Source of the DNA: Rickettsiales bacterium
Lineage (GTDB): Bacteria; Pseudomonadota; Alphaproteobacteria; Rickettsiales; JALZUV01
DNA: 37,824 nucleotides
NCBI GenBank assembly: GCA_023301245.1
Contig: JALZUV010000098.1
Coordinates: 1-37,824, forward strand
Direction of reading: 5' to 3'
Positions 32,331 through 37,824 of the stretch are shown piece by piece; position 1 is the first letter of the stretch; each line of letters opens with the position of its first letter. The translations under genes and the position numbers were made by a program. The notes under the pieces are model-generated. The model was not told the DNA's origin and ran no database searches. It saw nothing but the letters and a program-made list of their open reading frames with translations.

Positions 32331-32912
32331 TTGTTTAATACCCTTGCCGAGTTGATTTGACCCGAGCTCATAGCACAGCTGCGCAGCCCCCTACGCCGCG
32401 CAGCAATTATTGCGGCCCTATCGGATAGCATTTTTTTGCAGCTTACTGACTTACCGAATAACTCACCGATATGAGCCGCTAAGTTATTGATATATATACC
32501 TTTTTGTTTTTGGGTAAGTAAGTAAGAGAGTAAGTTGAGTATCACCCTTACGCGCGCCCTCGCTCGCAAGACAAAAGCCTATAGGCGCGCTCCCTGACCC
32601 GCTGACTGACTGACCCGTCAAAAATTTTCAAAACCATCCTTAATTTGGGGTGAGGGGAGAAAACCGATAACCATCAACCGCTTAGCCCTAGCCCAATGGG
32701 TGTTAAAACGGGGGTAAAGGGGTCGAATTGAGAGTAAGTCAAACGGTAAGACAGTCAGCGCCGAGCTCTTACGCGCGCGCGATATCGCGCGCGACTATCA
32801 CGCGCGCGGGCGAGTGCGTATAAATTAAATTACATATTTGTATTTTATCGCTTGTAATTACCTTACAAATCTGTATGGTATTTATATCAACAACCCTAAC
32901 GGAGATTACCAA
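32331..32912. promoter_or_regulatory. 582-bp repeat-dense divergent control region between the late operon and the ArdC operon
   Basis: CTTAC-TGA-CTTAC at 32442-32454. (GTAA)3-GAGA-GTAA at 32514-32533. CTTACGCGCGC at 32547-32557 and 32768-32778. CTGACCCG-(CTGA)2-CTGACCCG at 32594-32617. A 20-bp perfect palindrome CGCGCGCGATATCGCGCGCG at 32774-32793. Confidence 0.7.
32852..32879 (+). promoter_or_regulatory. candidate sigma70-type promoter of the ArdC operon, with an inverted repeat over the -35
   Basis: TTGTAA (32852-32857) - 16 nt - TATGGT (32874-32879). The inverted repeat TTGTAA-ttacc-TTACAA spans 32852-32868. Confidence 0.4.
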
Positions 32913-33812
32913 ATGACCAAAACAGACCTATATCAGGACGTTACAGACCGCATTATTGCCCAAATGGAAAAGGGCGTATTACCCTGGGCACGGCCTTGGA
33001 GCGCAGACAAAGCGCCTTTCGACTTCCCAAACAACGCCGCAACAGGGAACCACTATAGCGGGATTAATATTCTATTGCTTTGGGACGCGCAGCTCGAGGG
33101 CGAGCATTCAACGCATAGCTGGCTTACATATAAGCAAGCGCAGAGCCTCGGCGGCAATGTGCGCAAGGGCGAGCGCGGCTCTACTGTCTGCTATGCCAGC
33201 ACATTTACACCCCAAAAAGAAAAGACCGCCGCCGCGCAGGAAGGCCGCGACGCGCGGGCGATTGGCTTCCTAAAGCGTTACACGGTCTTTAACGCTGACC
33301 AATGCGACGGCCTAGGCGATAAATTCACGCCTGCCGAGCCCATGCCAGAGCGGGAAATGATACCCGCTGCAGAGGCCGTGATTGCCGCAACGGGTGCGGA
33401 TTTTCGTCACGGCGGCAATAAAGCATTCTACAGCCCTTTTCATGACTTCATCCAGACGCCGCACCAACAAAAATTTGATGACCAGATAAATTATTACCGC
33501 ACGGCCTTTCATGAGCTCGGCCACTGGACAGGCCATAAGAGCCGCCTAGACCGCGATTTAAAAAACGGCTTTGGTTCTAAAGACTATGCGCGTGAAGAAT
33601 TGATAGCTGAAATGAGCGCCGCTTTTAGCTGCGCGCGGCTCGGCATTACGCCAACCGTCCGCCATGCTGACTATCTGGGGTCATGGCTTAAGGTTTTGAA
33701 AGAGGATAAGCGGGCGATATTTAAAGCCGCGTCTATGGCGTCTAAAGCTACAGCCTTTGTCATGCAAGACACGCCAAAGGACCACGCGCAGCCTCTACAG
33801 CAAGCCGCCTAG
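32913..33812 (+). CDS. ardC: ArdC-like antirestriction protein (ssDNA-binding N-domain plus zincin metalloprotease-like C-domain)
   Basis: ATG at 32913 (MTKTDLYQDVTDRIIAQMEKGVLPWARPWS...NHYSGINILLLW...) with an HExxH motif, FHELGHWTGH. The track's TTG start at 32838 was rejected. Confidence 0.85.
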   Translation: MTKTDLYQDVTDRIIAQMEKGVLPWARPWSADKAPFDFPNNAATGNHYSGINILLLWDAQLEGEHSTHSWLTYKQAQSLGGNVRKGERGSTVCYASTFTPQKEKTAAAQEGRDARAIGFLKRYTVFNADQCDGLGDKFTPAEPMPEREMIPAAEAVIAATGADFRHGGNKAFYSPFHDFIQTPHQQKFDDQINYYRTAFHELGHWTGHKSRLDRDLKNGFGSKDYAREELIAEMSAAFSCARLGITPTVRHADYLGSWLKVLKEDKRAIFKAASMASKATAFVMQDTPKDHAQPLQQAA

Positions 33813-33897
33813 AGCCTACCGCTTTGGCGTCGCCTGATTCAGGCGACGCTCTAGCCGTGGACTTAACCGCGATAACCTTAACGGAGATTACCAAATG
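33813..33897 (+). repeat. 85-bp intergenic cassette, copy B (hairpin 33827-33849 plus shared RBS/start)
   Basis: 81/85 identical to 35066-35150. It ends in TAACGGAGATTACCAAATG, which also precedes ardC (32897-32915). Confidence 0.9.
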
Positions 33898-34551
33898 ACG
33901 CACAGCAGCCAACATAGAGACGCAATTGCATATATTGAAACGCTCGAGCCTGAAAACATGACAGGCTGGATGTATAAAGAATTTGAAACTGTTAGCGGAC
34001 TTATAGAGGGGCAGACCACCCGCGACTATGTAAACAATATGAGCCCTAAAGATTTAGTTAGCTATATTTCACAAAACATTAATGAGCGGCCAATCTTTGC
34101 GGATGTATGGGACATCATGAGTGAGCTTTTACCAGATGCACTCAATCCTAAAAACTACATAGCTACCAAAACAGAGACAATGCAAGACGGGTGGAAATGG
34201 GAGCGCGTCACAGGCGCACAAGACATGAGCGCCGCTCAATTACTTAAAGTATTTAACACAAAAGGCCGCGGCGAGCTTTGCCTGATTTTTGACGAAGGCG
34301 AGACACCTGAATTTACTTTTCAAGAAATGGTAGCGCATATTTTAGAGGGTCTTGAAATTGGATTTCACCCAAATGAAACCAAACCCAAACCAATTGTTTA
34401 TGATTATTTTGTAACTATCACGGAGCACCGCAAGTACAGAATAACAGCGGAAAGCGAGCAAGACGCTATTAACAAAAGCGGCGACTATGCAAGAGACGCT
34501 AATCCAATTTCATATGATTATGACCCTGTAAAAGTGGAGCTTTGCAAATGA
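33895..34551 (+). CDS. acidic orphan protein (218 aa)
   Basis: The ORF has the shared RBS GGAG. It is lower in GC than its neighbours. My hand count gives roughly 37 D/E versus 21 K/R. Confidence 0.6.
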   Translation: MTHSSQHRDAIAYIETLEPENMTGWMYKEFETVSGLIEGQTTRDYVNNMSPKDLVSYISQNINERPIFADVWDIMSELLPDALNPKNYIATKTETMQDGWKWERVTGAQDMSAAQLLKVFNTKGRGELCLIFDEGETPEFTFQEMVAHILEGLEIGFHPNETKPKPIVYDYFVTITEHRKYRITAESEQDAINKSGDYARDANPISYDYDPVKVELCK

Positions 34552-35066
34552 CACACCCTTTCACACTGGACGATTGCAACGGCGAAAGCCTCGAGCTAAT
34601 CGCGCAGCTCTATGAAGCGGGCGAGCAAATTCAAAAAGACCACTCACGCGGCCTCTACTTTTCAAAGTCTGAATATAAGCTTGCAGGAATGCCCGCGCTA
34701 TATCGCGGCGCAGACGAATGCGCCATGTGGACGCTGTACCGTCTTAAATCACTCTCGAGCGCGCAAATGATAGAACACGGCCTTGACGTCATGGCCGCGC
34801 AGACTGAAATCCGCTGCGCGCCTATGCGCCGCGACCCAAATGATGACAGCTCTACAGCCTGTGACGTGCTCGAGGCCGAATTTTTTGACGTCTACACGGT
34901 TATGATAGACGCCAGCGGCGATACAATTGACGGCCCTACAGTCATAGCCCCCAAAGGTCACATGGATATAGACGTAAGCCTTAAGACAGAGCAAGCCGCC
35001 GCGCGCTATGCGCAAGGCTTACATGAGCTGACAGCGTGGCCGCTCGATTTTGGATTAATGCAATAA
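34548..35066 (+). CDS. acidic orphan protein (172 aa)
   Basis: The ATG at 34548 overlaps the upstream TGA (ATGA), with GGAG 9 nt upstream. My hand count gives roughly 28 D/E versus 13 K/R. Confidence 0.6.
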   Translation: MTHPFTLDDCNGESLELIAQLYEAGEQIQKDHSRGLYFSKSEYKLAGMPALYRGADECAMWTLYRLKSLSSAQMIEHGLDVMAAQTEIRCAPMRRDPNDDSSTACDVLEAEFFDVYTVMIDASGDTIDGPTVIAPKGHMDIDVSLKTEQAAARYAQGLHELTAWPLDFGLMQ

Positions 35067-35150
35067 GCCTACCGCTTTGGCGTCGCGTGACTCGCGCGAC
35101 GCTCTAGCCGTGGACTTAACCGCGATAACCTTAACGGAGATTACCAAATG
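35066..35150 (+). repeat. 85-bp intergenic cassette, copy C (hairpin 35080-35102 plus shared RBS/start)
   Basis: See copy B. The four differences all lie in the hairpin apex. Confidence 0.9.
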
Positions 35151-35504
35151 ACAACAACATTCACAGCGCCGCCATTGCGCAAGGCCGCCCGCAACGCTTT
35201 AAACCTGCCAACCCTAAACGGCATGGGCCGCCCCAAAGGCAAGCCGCCCACAAGCCGCCGCGCAGGCGCAAGTAAAACAGAACTGCGCGACGTGCTAGAG
35301 CATGGTTTTGCCGCTGCTAAAATCCCCTCTCTAATGGCCGCGCTATATCCTGATAGAGATTTTAAATCGCTAGACGCTGACCAGCTCTTTAATATGCTTT
35401 ATGCGGCGAGATGGTGTGACGCGTACAGCCGCGCGCCTAACGAATGGCGCGGCTTGATAACAACAAACACACAAGAGACGCAGGCGCAGCTTATAGCGGC
35501 TTAG
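35148..35504 (+). CDS. hypothetical basic protein with an AT-hook-like GRPKGKPP motif
   Basis: 118-aa ORF starting at the shared RBS/ATG of cassette C. Confidence 0.55.
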   Translation: MTTTFTAPPLRKAARNALNLPTLNGMGRPKGKPPTSRRAGASKTELRDVLEHGFAAAKIPSLMAALYPDRDFKSLDADQLFNMLYAARWCDAYSRAPNEWRGLITTNTQETQAQLIAA

Positions 35505-35595
35505 CGGTCGCGGGCGCGGCGAGATTACCAATCAACCACCGCGCCCACGCTGCAGCCCTTCACAGAGCCGCCTAGACCCTATAGAGAGAGACGCT

Positions 35596-35859
35596 ATGAC
35601 AGACAAGACCAAAACAATAGACATTACCCCCGCGCGATATAGAGAGCTCATTAAGATGATGTATGATGACGCGCCTATAACAGCTATATGCGCTGACCTT
35701 GGCATTGGCCGCCCCGCGCATTATGAATTTTTAGAGCGCGGCGTTTTGCGCAGCTCCATAGCCGAGCGCATAGAGACGAAAGCCGCGCAGAAAACGGCGC
35801 AGCTGACCTTGCGCGCCAAGCGGCTCACGCAAATTATAAAAGATATGAACACGGCATAG
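35596..35859 (+). CDS. small HTH DNA-binding protein (Aca-like position at the operon end)
   Basis: 87 aa. ITAICADLGIGRPAHYEFLERG fits a resolvase/HTH_7-like helix-turn-helix. It is the last gene of the plus-strand operon. Confidence 0.55.
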   Translation: MTDKTKTIDITPARYRELIKMMYDDAPITAICADLGIGRPAHYEFLERGVLRSSIAERIETKAAQKTAQLTLRAKRLTQIIKDMNTA

Positions 35860-35871
35860 GCCGCTAATTTA

Positions 35872-35936
35872 CGGCTAGAGCTTCGATGGCCGATTGCGGC
35901 CACGCGCCCGATCACCGGCTAGAGCTTCGATTGCCG
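35872..35936. repeat. two 21-nt direct repeats CGGCTAGAGCTTCGAT(G/T)GCCG (35872-35892, 35916-35936) in the convergent intergenic zone
   Basis: Read directly. The core CGGCTAGAGC also occurs inverted in both 85-bp cassettes (GCTCTAGCCG). Confidence 0.8.
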
Positions 35937-36032
35937 TTTTGCCTGCAATCAGATCCAGCGACATCAGCAGCGACGCCAACGCGCGCGGCGCTGCGCGATC
36001 GTCAAAGCCCTGCCAGACAGCCCCAAAAATTA

Positions 36033-36317
36033 TTATGAACACTTGCGCGGGCAGCTCGGCCTCGCCGTCACCTGCAGCGGCGCTTCAGTGACGTCACGCG
36101 CGGCGTCTACGGCCGCAGCGCTGCGGTAATGATAACTTGCCTTAACATGCGCCTCAAATTCATCATGAACAATCCCGCACGCGGTCGACATCGCGCGGAT
36201 CTGCGCGGCAAGGCGCGGCGGCAAACCCTCAACCTCGAGCCAACGCGCGAGAGCGGCCTGCGCCGCAGACGCCCTATGCGCGCTGCGGTTTATGTCCCGG
36301 GCATCATCGCGGGTCAT
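36033..36317 (-). CDS. hypothetical protein
   Basis: 94 aa with a 4-nt overlap to the upstream ORF. Confidence 0.4.
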   Translation of the reverse strand: MTRDDARDINRSAHRASAAQAALARWLEVEGLPPRLAAQIRAMSTACGIVHDEFEAHVKASYHYRSAAAVDAARDVTEAPLQVTARPSCPRKCS

Positions 36318-36580
36318 TGGTTGTTAACACTCTCTTTTATAGTTAGGCCATGCAAAGGATATTTGTTTTTAAACCCATATCTTTTACGGGTCTCTAAACT
36401 TTCTTGCACCTTATGACCTTTGTAATAATCTAAAGAGGTAGGGCTCATGGCATAAACGGCACCGTGCCTATGTTTTATAATTGCATTATGCGGGCCGTTA
36501 CCACCCGACCATGTAACAACAACCTCTTGGCCTTCATTAAGTTTATAAATTTCATCTGTGGTCAAACATTTATTATTCAT
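36314..36580 (-). CDS. hypothetical protein (AT-rich)
   Basis: 88-aa ORF, markedly lower in GC than its flanks. Confidence 0.45.
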   Translation of the reverse strand: MNNKCLTTDEIYKLNEGQEVVVTWSGGNGPHNAIIKHRHGAVYAMSPTSLDYYKGHKVQESLETRKRYGFKNKYPLHGLTIKESVNNQ

Positions 36581-36677
36581 TGTCTATCCTTGTTTAAGCG
36601 GTGCTCGCTGCGCGCATCCGCTGCGCGGTTACTCTTTCGCTCCGCCCTTATCGGCGCACCCGCTACGCGGGTACGCC

Positions 36678-37376
36678 TTAATCTATGCCCTTCATCACGG
36701 CCGCCAGTAGCGCGAGCTGCTCTGCAGGGCCGCAGGAACTTACTGCGGCCGTCCACCGTTCACATTTTTTCTTTATGCGCCACCGCTCGCGCCTATCCGT
36801 GCCGGCGACAGAATGAAAATGCGGCTCAGCTTCGTCAAAGCTAAGCCACAGAACCTCAAGGCAGGTTTTCTTATGGTGCCGCGTGACATACTCCACACGC
36901 CTAAACCCCATGCCGCTACAGAGCGCCGCATCATAGCTATCATGCGGATAGCCGCTTATCATGACTTGCACATTTTGGTTTTGAAAGAGAAAGACCTGCA
37001 GCCAACGCAGAAACTCAGCATGATCGGCCGCGCTCCAATCATAGCGGCCGTAGCCGCAGCTCATCGTGCGCGTGTCCGGATGATAAGGCAGATCAAAATA
37101 TATTAGAACCTTGCCCATATCCCTAATCTCTAGCTGCGTTTCAAGAACGTCATAAAACGAGCCGCGAAATAACACAGCATGGTCCGGCATATCAGCGCGA
37201 AACTCAGCCAGGACAGCTTTGTTTATCTCAATTCCAATGTCGCGCGGGGAAGGCGGCTTACGGCGCATGACCTGCCCCGAGCCAAGACAGGCCTCGATAT
37301 AAACATCATGGCGCGGCATATGGCCGATGATACGCTGCCAGACGCCAGACTGCCCCTTAGAGCCGAGATATGACAT
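36678..37376 (-). CDS. D12-class (Dam-like) N6-adenine DNA methyltransferase, orphan
   Basis: 232 aa. N-terminal YLGSKG, AdoMet motif EACLGSG, and catalytic motif DLPY (a DPPY variant) in IYFDLPYHPD. No adjacent endonuclease-like ORF. Confidence 0.75.
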   Translation of the reverse strand: MSYLGSKGQSGVWQRIIGHMPRHDVYIEACLGSGQVMRRKPPSPRDIGIEINKAVLAEFRADMPDHAVLFRGSFYDVLETQLEIRDMGKVLIYFDLPYHPDTRTMSCGYGRYDWSAADHAEFLRWLQVFLFQNQNVQVMISGYPHDSYDAALCSGMGFRRVEYVTRHHKKTCLEVLWLSFDEAEPHFHSVAGTDRRERWRIKKKCERWTAAVSSCGPAEQLALLAAVMKGID

Positions 37377-37567
37377 TAGCTAACTATGCCAAATATAATC
37401 GACGCTCCAAAAAGGAACGCCGCAATAAGAATAACGATAAACTTACCGCTTTTAGCCTGGCGGTCCCAAACAAGCTCATTCAGCAGCAAAAAGACAGAGC
37501 CGCCGCAGACGAATAGACCGAATATGACACCAAGAATGTTTAGGAATGTGTCTAGGAGGGTGCTCAT
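37376..37567 (-). CDS. small two-TM membrane protein
   Basis: 63 aa. Hydrophobic segments are ILGVIFGLFVCGGSVFLLL and FIVILIAAFLFGASIIFGIV. It is coupled to its neighbours. Confidence 0.45.
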   Translation of the reverse strand: MSTLLDTFLNILGVIFGLFVCGGSVFLLLNELVWDRQAKSGKFIVILIAAFLFGASIIFGIVS

Positions 37568-37773
37568 TTATAGAGCCTCCTAACTTCAACAACACAAAAA
37601 AGAATGCCAGACAGGCTAAGCGACAACCACCAAGAGATAGCGACATAAACCTGCCAAATCTGCAAACCCTGCTCATAAATACTGTAAAGCGTTTTTATGT
37701 TTATCACGGAAAAGAAGAAATATCCCATGCCCAAAAAACTCAGTAAAAAGCCGCGAATAACTGCAATCCACAC
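37564..37773 (-). CDS. small two-TM membrane protein
   Basis: 69 aa and AT-rich, with a 4-nt overlap to the downstream ORF. Confidence 0.4.
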   Translation of the reverse strand: MWIAVIRGFLLSFLGMGYFFFSVINIKTLYSIYEQGLQIWQVYVAISWWLSLSLSGILFCVVEVRRLYK

Positions 37774-37824
37774 TGTCCGCCCCCACTTATAATTTTTGCG
37801 CTGTGTTTTTAATTCCGTATCAAC

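Noticed and set aside
32327-32569. 80-aa ORF upstream of terS ending in a TTGA overlap with the terS start
   Set aside because: It has a TTG start and no RBS. Part of it is encoded by the GTAA/CTTAC short tandem repeats, and the composition is unconvincing. It was kept as non-coding, although the coupled stop/start geometry means a short C-terminal peptide (from the ATG near 32430) cannot be excluded.
1-37824. Host-prophage junctions (attL/attR) or host genes at the window ends
   Set aside because: Both window ends lie in phage-like early genes on the same strand, and the only att-like sequence is internal and in the attP configuration. No flank could be identified from the sequence alone.

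Overview
The window reads as essentially one temperate phage genome, about 37.8 kb and densely coded, with no recognisable host flank. All calls come from reading the supplied ORF translations and the DNA by eye; no searches were run.

Layout:
- (i) 6048 down to 14, minus strand: early/replication operon with tightly coupled ORFs. It runs Cro-like HTH, small ORFs, a DnaA-domain-IV-like HTH, a Toprim primase, a P-loop helicase, a DUF3850/ASCH protein and SSB. It probably continues, if the molecule is circular, into the minus-strand genes at 37773-36033, which include a Dam-like D12 methyltransferase and small membrane proteins.
- (ii) 6176-9312, plus strand: lysogeny module. It runs cI-like HTH + S24-like repressor, terminator, 55-aa ORF, XRE regulator, Xis-like protein and tyrosine integrase.
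- (iii) 9509-9830: an attP-like site. The core is the 3' 48 nt of a tRNA-Phe(GAA), flanked by five copies of CGTCGCACA.
- (iv) 32330 down to 9826, minus strand: a 22.5-kb late operon with a T7-like podovirus order. It runs terS, terL, portal, scaffold, capsid, gp11/gp12-like tail proteins, gp14/15/16-like internal proteins, a split gp17-like fibre, then holin candidate, endolysin and overlapped spanins.
- (v) 32913-35859, plus strand: an ArdC-led operon.

Most interesting:
- The ArdC operon has two strongly acidic orphan proteins and ends in a small HTH gene, an acr/aca-like anti-defence architecture.
- That operon is punctuated by 85-bp near-identical intergenic cassettes whose only differences preserve a hairpin.
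- A repeat-dense 580-bp control region lies between the late and ArdC operons.
- The att arm 9-mer is reused at the 3' end of terS.
- The GH24 endolysin carries a three-TM N-terminal domain.
- The cI-like repressor appears to lack the S24 catalytic Ser/Lys.
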